Positions 29,184 to 39,058 of a stretch of DNA of 64,000 nucleotides are shown piece after piece (the stretch's first letter is position 1; each line of letters begins with the position of its first letter). The notes beneath the pieces are model-generated. The model was not told where the DNA came from. It ran no database searches and saw only the letters and a program-made list of their open reading frames with translations. This stretch comes from Candidatus Delongbacteria bacterium (GTDB lineage: Bacteria; CAIWAD01): assembly GCA_963663545.1 (NCBI GenBank), contig OY760505.1, positions 1,248,001 to 1,312,000 of the forward strand. Reading direction: 5' to 3'. The translations under genes and the position numbers were made by a program.

Positions 29184-30944
29184 TTACTCCTTTTCCGGTA
29201 CCACGGAAATGTGTAGCTCGGCGAGCTGAGTTGCGCTGACTCCACCCGGTGCTCCGTCCATGGGCGAGGCCGCGCTGTTGGTCTTGGGAAAGGCGATGAC
29301 GTCGCGAATGTTCTCGGTGCCGCCGAAGATCATCACCAGACGGTCAAAGCCGAAAGCACAACCGGCGTGGGGCGGCGCCCCGTACTGCAGCGCATCGATG
29401 AGGAAGCCGAACTTTTCCTGCGCCTCTTCGTCGCCGATGCCCAGCATGCTGAAGACCTTGCGTTGCATGTTGGGATCGTGAATACGCACGCTGCCACCGG
29501 CGATTTCCTGACCATCCATGACCAGGTCGTAGCCGCGGCTCAAGAGCGCGCCCGGGTCCACCTCGGCGGCAAACTGTTCCGCATTGGGCTGAGTAAAGGG
29601 ATGGTGCGCGGCCACATGGCGCTGGGCTTCTTCGTCGTACTCGAACATAGGGAATTCGGTCACCCAGAGTAGCTCATGGCGCTTGGGGTCGATCATGCCA
29701 TACTCGCCCGCCAGACGCAGACGCATGTTGCCCAGCAGCTTGCAGACCATGCGGAATTCGCCGGCAGCAAGAATCATCACATCGCCCTCGCTCGCGCCCA
29801 TGTGCTCTGCCAAGCGCGCCAGCCATTCGTCTCCGACGAACTTGCTGATTTGGCTCTGCAAACCTTCGGCGGTATAACGCACCACAATCACGCCTTTGCC
29901 GCCCAGGTGCTTCGCATAGTCCTGCAACGCGTCTACCTTCTTGCGAGAGAAGCCTTCGGCCTGCCCGGGTAACACGAAGCCGCGTGTCACGCCGTCCGGC
30001 AACGCGCCTTCCAGCACGCCAAAATTGCAGCCAGGCACGAGTTCCGCGATGTCCTGGATCTCCATGCCGAAGCGAAGATCGGGTTTGTCGCTGCCGTAGC
30101 GCTCCATCGCCTCCTGCCAACTCATACGGCGCAGAGGCAGCTCCAGCTCCTGCTGCCAGGCCTCGCGCACACAGGCAGCGATGACGGCCTCGGCCACATC
30201 CTGCACATCCTTCTCTTCGGCGAAGCTCATCTCCAGGTCGATCTGGGTGAATTCGGGCTGGCGGTCGCTACGCAGATCCTCGTCGCGGAAACACTTGACG
30301 ATCTGGTAGTAGCGGTCAAAACCGGCAACCATCAGCAACTGCTTGTAGGTTTGCGGACTCTGGGGCAGCGCATAGAAGTGGCCGTGATGCAAACGGCTGG
30401 GCACCAGGTAGTCGCGGGCACCCTCGGGCGTGGACTTCATCAGAATGGGCGTTTCCACCTCGAGGAAGCTCAGCTCGTCAAGAGTGCGACGCGCGGCCTG
30501 GGCCAATCGGTGACGTAGGTGCAGATAGCGCGCTTTGCCGGGACGGCGCAAGTCGAGGTAGCGGTACTTCAGGCGCAGCTCCTCGTGAGCGGTGTCCTCT
30601 TCCTCCAGGGTAAAGGGCAGCACGGCTGCACGCGTCAACACCTCCAGCGTCTCCACCTGAACTTCAATGTCGCCGGTGGACATGTTTGTATTACGCATCT
30701 GCTCCGGACGCGCAGTGACAGTGCCGACGATTTGTATCACATCTTCCATGCGGAGGCGCGCGGCGCGCTCCATCAGCTCGGCGTTGTCGGGGTTGAAGTA
30801 GAGTTGCGTCAGGCCGTAACGGTCTCTGAGGTCGATGAAGGTCAGACCTCCCAGGTCGCGAACCCGGTGAACCCATCCTGCCAACGTCACCCGACTGCCA
30901 GCATGTTCGGCGCGCAATTCGCCACAAGTGTAAGTGCGATACAT
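29184..30944 (-). CDS. aspS: Aspartate--tRNA ligase
   Basis: RTYTCGEL, FIDLRDRYG, PEGARDY, ALPQSPQ, FRDED, GAPPH, VIAFPKT. Confidence 0.98.
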   Translation of the reverse strand: MYRTYTCGELRAEHAGSRVTLAGWVHRVRDLGGLTFIDLRDRYGLTQLYFNPDNAELMERAARLRMEDVIQIVGTVTARPEQMRNTNMSTGDIEVQVETLEVLTRAAVLPFTLEEEDTAHEELRLKYRYLDLRRPGKARYLHLRHRLAQAARRTLDELSFLEVETPILMKSTPEGARDYLVPSRLHHGHFYALPQSPQTYKQLLMVAGFDRYYQIVKCFRDEDLRSDRQPEFTQIDLEMSFAEEKDVQDVAEAVIAACVREAWQQELELPLRRMSWQEAMERYGSDKPDLRFGMEIQDIAELVPGCNFGVLEGALPDGVTRGFVLPGQAEGFSRKKVDALQDYAKHLGGKGVIVVRYTAEGLQSQISKFVGDEWLARLAEHMGASEGDVMILAAGEFRMVCKLLGNMRLRLAGEYGMIDPKRHELLWVTEFPMFEYDEEAQRHVAAHHPFTQPNAEQFAAEVDPGALLSRGYDLVMDGQEIAGGSVRIHDPNMQRKVFSMLGIGDEEAQEKFGFLIDALQYGAPPHAGCAFGFDRLVMIFGGTENIRDVIAFPKTNSAASPMDGAPGGVSATQLAELHISVVPEKE

Positions 30945-31052
30945 AGTGGACCTCTACTGATTCGACCCTCCCGGTGGATCACCGGGAACCAAGCGGCTTA
31001 ATGTAACACAGGATCACGGTTGCAATACGGCTCTCGCAAACCTGCAATAGTG

Positions 31053-31085
31053 AAAAAAGAAAGCCCCGTCCCAAAAAGACGGGGC
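31053..31085 (-). terminator. Rho-independent terminator after rpsU
   Basis: Minus strand gccccgtc-tttttgg-gacggggc followed by tttctttttt. Confidence 0.75.
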
Positions 31086-31135
31086 CTGTAGATCAGATCT
31101 CGGCGGCGCGCCGGAGCTCGGCGCTGCCACACAAA

Positions 31136-31345
31136 CTAGATCAGACCCTGGCGTTGCTGCTCAAGCATCATCTTGCGCTGCTTGCGGCGTGCAGCATTGA
31201 GCTGGCGCTTGCGCTGCTCCGAGGGCTTCTCGTAGCGCTGCTTCTTGCGCAGTTCACTCAGGATACCGGCTTTCTCGCAGGACTTAGTAAAGCGACGGAA
31301 TGCGCGATCAAAGGGTTCGCCTTCGCGGACACGAATATGCGCCAT
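31136..31345 (-). CDS. rpsU: 30S ribosomal protein S21
   Basis: [14 protein letters not shown]...GIL.E.RK...YEKPS. Confidence 0.95.
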   Translation of the reverse strand: MAHIRVREGEPFDRAFRRFTKSCEKAGILSELRKKQRYEKPSEQRKRQLNAARRKQRKMMLEQQRQGLI

Positions 31346-31420
31346 GCTATTTCACCTCCTTCCAGGATCTTTGTTTTGGCGAACCCAGAGGATAGCCCAT
31401 GAAAAGGAGAAAAGCAACTC

Positions 31421-31750
31421 TCAGCAGTCTTTTTCCTTGTCGTACGCCGCCATTGCTTCGGGAAGACAGTGTGTCACCCGGTGGCCAGCGGCAGGCAGTC
31501 CAATGAGGATCGCACTGATGACCTCTTCCCGCGTTGCGCCCGCACGCTTGGCCTCGCACACATGAAAGGGAATGCCACTCTGCTGCTTCTGGGAGGCCAG
31601 TACAGCCAGGTAGGCCAGCGCCGAAGTTTTAGCGTCCAGCGCCGAAGCTTGATTCAGGCCATGAATCATCGCTCCCCAGACTTGCGCGTGCTCGGGGGCT
31701 TCCTCCAGAAAGGCCTTGAAGGAAGCACTGATCTGTTTGGATTCTTCCAT
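31421..31750 (-). CDS. Carboxymuconolactone decarboxylase/AhpD-like protein
   Basis: ALDAKT..LAYLAVLA, GIPFH, AKRAGATREE. Confidence 0.85.
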   Translation of the reverse strand: MEESKQISASFKAFLEEAPEHAQVWGAMIHGLNQASALDAKTSALAYLAVLASQKQQSGIPFHVCEAKRAGATREEVISAILIGLPAAGHRVTHCLPEAMAAYDKEKDC

Positions 31751-31772
31751 TATTCACCCTCGATCCATTGGC

Positions 31773-32288
31773 TTACCAGAGATCTTCGGTTCCCACGTCC
31801 TGTCCCTGCAGTTTCAAGTAGTAGTACAGCTGCCCCTTGTGCTGTGTCAGGTGCTGATTCATCTGCATCAAGCGTACACCCAGCGGCATAGCCGTGGTGT
31901 CCCAGGGCACGGAAATCAACTTGTTTTCCAGGTCCTCATCGCTGGCAGTAGCCAGCATTTCCACCGCCACCTTCTTGTCAGCGGCTAACAGGTCCAGCGC
32001 CTCCTGCACTGAAGACACCGTGCGCATCTTCTCTGCTGTTGGCATTGTGTCTTCAACTCTCGTCTCTTCGGTGCCCCCCTCCTGCAAATTCCACTCGCCG
32101 GTCACAATGCCTTTGTAGCACAGTCCACACGATTCAGTGATGTGAAAAAGCAGTTGCCCGGTTGTCATCCAATTCTTGCCGGTGGCCGGCTTCCAGTTGA
32201 GCTCGGCGTCATTTACTCGGCGCATGAGCCGCTCGGACACAGCGTAGTTGTACTCAAGGCTCGAACTGAGCAGTCCGCGCATGTTCAT
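31773..32288 (-). CDS. DinB family protein
   Basis: LNWKP, LLFHI, HLTQHKGQLYYYLK. Confidence 0.85.
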   Translation of the reverse strand: MNMRGLLSSSLEYNYAVSERLMRRVNDAELNWKPATGKNWMTTGQLLFHITESCGLCYKGIVTGEWNLQEGGTEETRVEDTMPTAEKMRTVSSVQEALDLLAADKKVAVEMLATASDEDLENKLISVPWDTTAMPLGVRLMQMNQHLTQHKGQLYYYLKLQGQDVGTEDLW

Positions 32289-32480
32289 TTGGATCCTCCG
32301 TGAAGATTGTTTCTGGTAACCACGTCCACAGGATACACAGGGGGTGGGACAATGATGCGGGGACAGGCACCGACTACAGAATGTAGACTCGACAACCCCC
32401 GATGCGCGAGAAAAAAAGACACGTTATGAAATCAACGCAGAGGCTCCCGGAGCCAGGCCGAGCCGAAGCCAGCGGCGCAC

Positions 32481-33359
32481 CTACCAGTTCTGCAACAACC
32501 ACTCGCGAAAGGAAGCACCGAGCTCGATGTCACACACCTGATCCGGATGCAGATCCCGGGTCTCCCAGGTGAAGCACACCACCTCATCAAGGCTTGCTGC
32601 ACGTCGCGTGAGTGGAACCTGTGCGTGCAGATTGTAGGGATAGCTGTAACTCGGTGGCAGTAGCACTCGCCCAGCTTCTGGAATCCGTTTGCAGATGAGC
32701 GCACTCAGCAAAGCCTGATGCAGAAAGATGCGATGCAGCTCGTCGGCACACCATTCAGCAGTGTGTGGATCACGAATCAGCTCGGCAAACAGCGCCCACC
32801 ACTCGCGACAGAGCCCAAGTTCAGGCCGCAGCGCAAACAGATGACTGTTGTAGTACGGACGTATCACATCTTGTTCAATGAAGGTGAGAACGCTGTCTGT
32901 CGGATCCTTCACATCTACTGCGTGATACACTTCGCGCCAGAATACATCCAGTTCGCTCTGCGCTGCAAGGCCAATATTCTTGTGATGCACCGGCCTCAGG
33001 GCAATGCTCTGCGAAGACGCCAAGAGCAGATCATGCGGCGGTGATACAAACAGAAGATCCGACGCCGACCAGATCAGCAGATCGTGGCCCTCCTGCAATG
33101 CAATCTCCTCCGCTCTTGCACAGGCGGCGACCTTGGCCGCAAACTGGAAAGCAGCCAACTCGACGGGCAAAGCAAGAGCAATTGTGCTTTCGTTGGTGGA
33201 AGCACCCTCCGGTGATACAAGCAGGCGTCGCCAGGAGGCGCACTCTCCGCCAAACTTGTTCAGGCTGGCATAAAGGCGACGGACACCCGCTTCGTCCGGG
33301 TATCCCAGTGTCACAAGAAGTGGCTTCGTCGTTGGAAGCATAAGCAGCTCCGGATGCAA
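32481..33359 (-). CDS. Hypothetical protein, possibly GT-A (GT8-like) fold
   Basis: SDLLF, YYNSHLF, FLHQALLS, YSYP pattern; the DxD position is degenerate. Confidence 0.5.
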   Translation of the reverse strand: MHPELLMLPTTKPLLVTLGYPDEAGVRRLYASLNKFGGECASWRRLLVSPEGASTNESTIALALPVELAAFQFAAKVAACARAEEIALQEGHDLLIWSASDLLFVSPPHDLLLASSQSIALRPVHHKNIGLAAQSELDVFWREVYHAVDVKDPTDSVLTFIEQDVIRPYYNSHLFALRPELGLCREWWALFAELIRDPHTAEWCADELHRIFLHQALLSALICKRIPEAGRVLLPPSYSYPYNLHAQVPLTRRAASLDEVVCFTWETRDLHPDQVCDIELGASFREWLLQNW

Positions 33360-33386
33360 ATCTGTGTATCACAAAGAGTGCGGGCC

Positions 33387-33872
33387 TTAGTGACGAGTTG
33401 TCGGCGCGAGTAATCCGATCAATTGCGTCAGCACCATGCTGCCCAGCACACCAGCGGCGAAAATGTAGAGCCCCGGGTGCACAGTGATGGCAGCAATGGC
33501 CTTTACTTTGAGGGTAACCACCAGCACGGCAACAACAAATACATCCAGCATCGACCACTTGCCCAGCAGACTGAGGGCACCATGTCGACGCTGCCAGGAA
33601 GCGACGTCGTGCACTGGCTTCATCAAGCTCCACAGCGTGAGCATCTTGAGGGTCGGAATGAACAGGCTGAATACGAAAATCAAAAGGAAGAGCCCTCGCT
33701 GCCCGTTTAGCCACAGATGCATCGTTGCGGACCAGAGCGAGAAAGTGTCGTTGAACACAAAGAACTTGCTGAAGGTAAACATGGGCGTGAAAGCCCCCAG
33801 CAACAACAGCGCACTCACGAACACCCACAGCAGGCGTAACACAAAAGCCAGGACTCCACGTCTCGATCTCAT
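33387..33872 (-). CDS. Paraquat-inducible protein A (single PqiA domain)
   Basis: FS...P..K, GKWSMLDVFVVA, GLY.FAA.V. Confidence 0.85.
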   Translation of the reverse strand: MRSRRGVLAFVLRLLWVFVSALLLLGAFTPMFTFSKFFVFNDTFSLWSATMHLWLNGQRGLFLLIFVFSLFIPTLKMLTLWSLMKPVHDVASWQRRHGALSLLGKWSMLDVFVVAVLVVTLKVKAIAAITVHPGLYIFAAGVLGSMVLTQLIGLLAPTTRH

Positions 33873-34942
33873 TGTGCCAGGCCATCCATCCATTCCGTCG
33901 GCAGGTCGACGGCAAAACAGCATTCGTCATCTCCGGCACGCACCGTTCGAAGAGTACGGACGCGCACGGGTCTATCCAGAGCAGCCTCCCACTGCTGACG
34001 GAACCAGCCAGCTCCGCAGTGACAGAAGTTGGCGGGAATCTCCTCATGAAGACGATCGCGAATTAGCGGACAGAAGCAGTAGGCGCGTCGCCGTTCAGCG
34101 TCCATGGTGGCGGCTTCGTAGGCTTTTGGATCACAGGGCTTTTTGCGCGAGAGAATCACACCTCCCTCACGCACCGGTGCCTCTGCCCAACCGGCGTCGG
34201 CTTCCATGAAGGCAATCACAGCGTCAACGGCTTCCAGCGGTCGCCCGGTTTCCTCCAGACACTGCAAAAATGCATCTCGAAGCTTCCGCGTTTGTGTCAC
34301 AGGAAAGACATGGGAACAGCGTGATACGATCTCGTACTGCTGCTCTTCGTCCGCGACATCTTCTAGTCGCTCGAGCAATTGGCACGTGTATTCGAAGCGC
34401 TGCGGAGGCCGAGATTCGTGATCCAGTTGCGGCAGACCGGCCCACAACACTGAATTGGCCTTCTGACCCAGGACCCGGTCCGCTCCCGCACGGAACAGAT
34501 CTGGCCAATTGTGTATCACAAAGCCTACTTCAATTGTCCCGCCCTCAGGATCGAAGCCTTCGGGATAGCTCTCCAGCAGGTATTCGTCGGAGATCAGGCC
34601 ACGCGCGCCAGCCTCTGAGAAGACGCGTCCATAACTGCCCCCCAACTCAGCAGCGGGTCCGCGGTGACACAAAACCAGCAGGTCAAACGCCGCCTGCTCG
34701 CGAAGCTCCACAGCCAGTCCATCCCGCCGTTCGCGCAGCGGCACACGCAGCTCCACTTCGTGACCGACCGTAACACTGCTGATGAATTGAAACGCGCACT
34801 GGGGTGGTCCCGAGATCAACTCGGCAGGAATCGCCGTCACCAAACGATTCAACTCCGTGGCCAGCTCCTTGCGATTCTGGATGACAATGCGTCGCACAGC
34901 CAAAACACCTGCCGCTCGGCGCTCAACTCTGAACTCGTTCAT
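33869..34942 (-). CDS. GyrI-like domain fused to a Cys-rich DUF6144/V4R-like domain
   Basis: HRGP..EL...Y and ESY in the N half; YCFCP, FCHCGAGW, GDDECCF in the C half. Confidence 0.65.
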   Translation of the reverse strand: MNEFRVERRAAGVLAVRRIVIQNRKELATELNRLVTAIPAELISGPPQCAFQFISSVTVGHEVELRVPLRERRDGLAVELREQAAFDLLVLCHRGPAAELGGSYGRVFSEAGARGLISDEYLLESYPEGFDPEGGTIEVGFVIHNWPDLFRAGADRVLGQKANSVLWAGLPQLDHESRPPQRFEYTCQLLERLEDVADEEQQYEIVSRCSHVFPVTQTRKLRDAFLQCLEETGRPLEAVDAVIAFMEADAGWAEAPVREGGVILSRKKPCDPKAYEAATMDAERRRAYCFCPLIRDRLHEEIPANFCHCGAGWFRQQWEAALDRPVRVRTLRTVRAGDDECCFAVDLPTEWMDGLAQ

Positions 34943-34951
34943 TGTCGATTC

Positions 34952-35173
34952 CTACTTCCTGGCGAGAAAGCGAGCGCACTCCCAGACCGGCAGTACGATG
35001 TTCTCCTTGGCCGCCAGACCGAGCACCTGCTGTATCACGGCGCAGCCCTTGTCCTCGCGCTCGGGTTTGAACGAGGCACAATCCCAGCACATGCAGTGCT
35101 CCTTGTGCCGTCCATCCAAGTCTGTGCGAACCCATCTCTCGCTATCGCCGCGCTGCTGTCGTGAATAGCTCAT
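34952..35173 (-). CDS. Small Cys-rich hypothetical protein
   Basis: HCMCWDC...GC...WEC; RBS present; tight operon spacing. Confidence 0.65.
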   Translation of the reverse strand: MSYSRQQRGDSERWVRTDLDGRHKEHCMCWDCASFKPEREDKGCAVIQQVLGLAAKENIVLPVWECARFLARK

Positions 35174-35186
35174 TTCGGCTCCTGTA

Positions 35187-35594
35187 TCACAAAGTCAGTT
35201 TTCCTTCGCGTCCCAACCATTTGAGTGCTGACTCCACATCGCGAAACACCATGACGTCGTTGGGTGCGCTATCCACGTAGGCTTCAAACATGCGAGCCAG
35301 TCCGTAGTTCAAGTCGCCCGCAACGAGGACCGCCGTTTTCCAATAGCCGCCGCGCCGGCCTGTGTATTCACTTGAATGATGCGCCAGCTGAACTACATCT
35401 CCACTGTTCATGCTGGTAACACTCGTCGCACGGAAATCCCACAGCGTATCCATGGCTTTGTCAAACAAAGGATCGGCAGTGCAGCGCTCGACTACTTCTA
35501 TATAGGCTTCAAGGTCAAAAGCCTCGCCGACCCGAAACAGCGCAAAGCCGATTTCCGGATACAATTGATAATTGATTCGTCCAGCTCCGGGCAT
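35187..35594 (-). CDS. SpoIIAA/STAS-SEC14-like hypothetical protein
   Basis: LWDFR, KTAVLV...YGLARMF, VFRD...ALKWL; GGAGG RBS. Confidence 0.7.
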   Translation of the reverse strand: MPGAGRINYQLYPEIGFALFRVGEAFDLEAYIEVVERCTADPLFDKAMDTLWDFRATSVTSMNSGDVVQLAHHSSEYTGRRGGYWKTAVLVAGDLNYGLARMFEAYVDSAPNDVMVFRDVESALKWLGREGKLTL

Positions 35595-35689
35595 ATAGCC
35601 TCCCTTCAAGGCATGAGAATAACAATGCAACAGGGTCGCAGCAATGCGCAGCCATGACAGCACTGCCCAAGGTTCACGATATTTGCCTC

Positions 35690-36529
35690 ATGAGATTTGA
35701 TCGAGGTTACAGCGGATATCTTGAACTCCGCGGCACAGAGCGACCACTCCCCGTAGTGCGCAACCTGATTCTGCTGAACGTGGGCTGCTTTCTGCTCTGG
35801 CGAGTATTGAATCTGGGCGACCTGGGTGTGCTACATCCTTTCGGGCAAGGCCACGGGCAGCTGCCCGCTCTCATGATGTATGGCTTTCTTCACGCCAATC
35901 TGCTGCATCTAGCCTTCAACATGCTGGGGCTGTGGATTCTGGGCAACGATCTGGTTCGCTTCTGGAATCCGCGCACCTTCACCATCTACTACCTGCTCTG
36001 CCTGTTGGGTGCAGGCGTGACACATCTGTTGCTGGATCCGCTTTTCGGCGGTCAGGCGGGTATTGTGGGCGCATCGGGTGGCGTGTATGGATTGCTGGCA
36101 GCTTACGCATGGTTCTTCGGCAAACGGCAACTCTACCTGTTCGGCGTGCTTCCCATGCAGGCACGCGTGTTCGCCGTTGCGCTGGCAGCCATTTCGCTCT
36201 TCTCCGGCGTGATACAGAGCCAGGATGGAATGGCCCACTTCGCTCACCTTGGCGGCATGTTGACGGGCATTCTGCTGATCGGCGCTCCCGGTTGGTGGCG
36301 CAGGCTACGCCTCTACCGGCATCAACTGCGCATGCGTGCCTACGCCAAGCGCGTCGGCGCGTCTCCTCCCGCAGGAGGCGGAATGCGCATGTCGCGCAGG
36401 GAAATGCAAGCACGAGTGGACGAGCTGCTGGCCAAGATTTCCGCGCAGGGCATGGACGCCCTAAGTGCCGAAGAGAAGCGCATGCTGGAAGAGGCTTCTT
36501 CGTGGCTGCGCGAGGAGCGCAACTCATGA
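35690..36529 (+). CDS. Rhomboid family intramembrane serine protease
   Basis: FLHANLLHLAFNM, GASG, AHFAHLGG; C-terminal VDELL.KIS..G...LS.EEK tail. Confidence 0.92.
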   Translation: MRFDRGYSGYLELRGTERPLPVVRNLILLNVGCFLLWRVLNLGDLGVLHPFGQGHGQLPALMMYGFLHANLLHLAFNMLGLWILGNDLVRFWNPRTFTIYYLLCLLGAGVTHLLLDPLFGGQAGIVGASGGVYGLLAAYAWFFGKRQLYLFGVLPMQARVFAVALAAISLFSGVIQSQDGMAHFAHLGGMLTGILLIGAPGWWRRLRLYRHQLRMRAYAKRVGASPPAGGGMRMSRREMQARVDELLAKISAQGMDALSAEEKRMLEEASSWLREERNS

Positions 36530-37272
36530 ACCGTATTCCGCGCGTCCTTCTACATGGGCTGCACTTCGTGACGGGCGAAAGCCAGCTGCCAGCTGAAGCG
36601 GGACACCACTTGTGTCGCGTGCTGCGCATGAATGCCGGTGATCGCGTTGATCTGATGGATGGTGTTGGGCATACCGCCGAAGCCCAGCTGTTGACGAGTA
36701 CGAAACAGCCACTGGTTCACATTGAGCGCGTGCAGTTTACCGCAGAAGTGAAGCCGCTCCTGACGGCCTGTCTGCCCGTGATACGCCCTGAGCGCGCCTC
36801 AGCAGCGGTCGAAAAGCTCTGCGAGCTCGGCGTCAGCGCCATTCAACTCTTCCATAGCGTGCACACCGGCAATCGACGCAAGGCGCCTGAGATGGCGCGG
36901 CTGCAGCGCATTGCCAAGGCCGCCTGCGAGCAGAGCGGAAATCCCTGGCTGCCAGAAGTGCTGCCTCCGGTTGAATTGCATGAGCTACTAGCCCGGCCGG
37001 AAACCCTACTTCTGGGCGATGCCGACGCTAGTCAGGAAAAATCTCCACTTTCTGCTTTACCAGGTGAAACCGGAACCGCCGATGCGCTGTCCGCGTTCGC
37101 CTTGCTTGTCGGCCCGGAGGGGGGCTTTCACCCCGATGAAATCGACTTGGTTGACGCAAAAGGACCTATCCGGATTGCCCTCGGCCCCTGGATCCTGCGT
37201 GCAGAAACCGCCTTGCCCGCACTTGCGGCCGTGGCGAACGCAGCCTTCAGAAGACTTCGGGCGACCTCGTAA
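36526..37272 (+). CDS. rsmE: 16S rRNA m3U1498 methyltransferase RsmE
   Basis: H..RVLR, EK..ELG, AACEQS, VGPEGGF, LG..ILRAETA. Confidence 0.9.
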   Translation: MNRIPRVLLHGLHFVTGESQLPAEAGHHLCRVLRMNAGDRVDLMDGVGHTAEAQLLTSTKQPLVHIERVQFTAEVKPLLTACLPVIRPERASAAVEKLCELGVSAIQLFHSVHTGNRRKAPEMARLQRIAKAACEQSGNPWLPEVLPPVELHELLARPETLLLGDADASQEKSPLSALPGETGTADALSAFALLVGPEGGFHPDEIDLVDAKGPIRIALGPWILRAETALPALAAVANAAFRRLRATS

Positions 37273-37300
37273 TTGATATTCCATCTATAAGGAGGAAAGA

Positions 37301-39058
37301 GTGCGAAAAGCCTCTATTCTGCTGCATCTGTTGTTGAGCCTGCTGCTGAGCGCCAGCCTGCTGCAGGCCGCCCAGCCGGTTCAGGAGTTTACCCTGGACA
37401 ATGGCATGCAGTTGCTGGTGGTCGAGGATCACTCCTCACCCATGTTCTTCGGTGCCTGGATCGCCCACGTTGGTTCGGCCAACGAGCGCCCCGGAATCAC
37501 CGGCGTGACACACCTGATTGAGCACATGATGTTCAAGGGTACCAAGATCATCGGTACAACGGATGCCGAACGCGATCTGCAACTGATCGCCAGCCAGGAA
37601 GAGCTGAAGGAGCAGATGCGCCACCTGAGCCGTGACCTGCGCTGGAAAGTGCGCTACGGTGAGTATGCGACCCTCGCCGAAGCCCAGGCTGCCGACGCGG
37701 AGTATCAGGCGCTGAAGGCCAAGTTCGACAAGCTGGTGGAAGCCCAGAGCGAGACCATGATCAGCAACGCCTACGACCGCCAGTTTCAGGTGCACGGCGA
37801 AATCATGGGCAACGCCTTCACCAGTCAGGATATGACCGCCTATTTCCACATTCTGCCAGCCAATCAGCTTGAGTTCTGGATGTGGATGGAGAGCGACCGC
37901 CTGCTGAACCCCGTTTTTCGCGAGTTCTACAGTGAGCGCGATGTGGTTTACGAAGAGCGCCGCATGCGCACCGAGAATACGCCCACGGGACTGCACGACG
38001 AGGCCGTCGAGGCGATGTTCTGGCAGGCACACCCCTACAGCTGGCCAATCATCGGTTGGCCCAGCGACATCAGCGAGATTACGCTTTCGCAGGTGCAGGA
38101 ATACTTCCAGAGCTACTACTGGGGCCGCAATCTTAGCCTGCTGCTAACCGGCGACGTAGACGCCGACCAGGCCTATGCGATGGCGCAGCGCTACTTCGGC
38201 CGCATTCCTGAGGGAGTAGATCCCCCCGCGCTGGTAACGCTGGAGCCGGAGCAAATCGGCGAGAAGCGCTACTACGGCGAGGCCGATGTCAACACGCAGG
38301 TGAACATCGCTTACCATTGCGGCGGCTTCAAGCACGTGGACGGTCCTGTGCTGGAAGTGATCTCTTCGCTGTTGCGTGGTGATACAGGCCGCCTGCAGCG
38401 CAAACTGGTGCAGGAGGACGAGCTCGCCGTCTGGGCCGCCGCCTTCTATCAGCAGCAGAAGTACGCGGGCCAGTTCATCGTGCTGGGCGAAGTGGCGGAA
38501 GGCCACAGTGCCGAGGAATTGGAAACCGCACTCAAGGCAGAACTGATTCGCCTGGCGGAAGAGCCGGTTGACGAGCGTGAGCTGCAGAAAGTGAAGAACA
38601 ACTACCTGGTGCGCGCCTATCGCGAAGAAAGCAGCGCCATTGCCAAGGGCTTCACGCTGATCAATGCCACAGGTAACGGCGATTGGCGCGAGGGAGAGCG
38701 CTTCCGTGAAAAGCTCTCCGCAGTCACACCCGAGCAGATTCAGGAAGTCGCCGCCCGCACTTTGGTGGCGAACAATTCCCTTGTCAGCGTCTATGAGCGC
38801 CCCGAGGGAATGGAAGCCACAAGCTACCCTGAAGCGCTGAATTCGCTGCCCGCCGAGATGCAGGCTCAGACCAAGATGGCCATTGATCAGATGCGCAGTC
38901 TTGAAGATCCTGAAGCCCTGCAGGCGATGATGGCCGAGCTTCGCGGCGCGCTAGGACAGGTTCCGGACGAAGTGAAGCCGATGTTTGAAATCATGCTGAG
39001 TGTGGGCGAAGAGCAGATGACCAAGCTGCAGAGCAGCGCTAGCGGGGAGGCTGAGTAA
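37301..39058 (+). CDS. M16 family zinc peptidase (active subunit)
   Basis: FTLDNG, G..HLIEHMMFKGT (HxxEH), NAFT, ER.VV.EERR, HPY..P.IG. Confidence 0.92.
   Translation: MRKASILLHLLLSLLLSASLLQAAQPVQEFTLDNGMQLLVVEDHSSPMFFGAWIAHVGSANERPGITGVTHLIEHMMFKGTKIIGTTDAERDLQLIASQEELKEQMRHLSRDLRWKVRYGEYATLAEAQAADAEYQALKAKFDKLVEAQSETMISNAYDRQFQVHGEIMGNAFTSQDMTAYFHILPANQLEFWMWMESDRLLNPVFREFYSERDVVYEERRMRTENTPTGLHDEAVEAMFWQAHPYSWPIIGWPSDISEITLSQVQEYFQSYYWGRNLSLLLTGDVDADQAYAMAQRYFGRIPEGVDPPALVTLEPEQIGEKRYYGEADVNTQVNIAYHCGGFKHVDGPVLEVISSLLRGDTGRLQRKLVQEDELAVWAAAFYQQQKYAGQFIVLGEVAEGHSAEELETALKAELIRLAEEPVDERELQKVKNNYLVRAYREESSAIAKGFTLINATGNGDWREGERFREKLSAVTPEQIQEVAARTLVANNSLVSVYERPEGMEATSYPEALNSLPAEMQAQTKMAIDQMRSLEDPEALQAMMAELRGALGQVPDEVKPMFEIMLSVGEEQMTKLQSSASGEAE

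Noticed and set aside
35932..36525. N-terminal extension of RsmE (446-aa ORF)
   Set aside because: It overlaps the rhomboid gene in another frame; RsmE-like sequence begins at ATG 36526, which overlaps the rhomboid stop.
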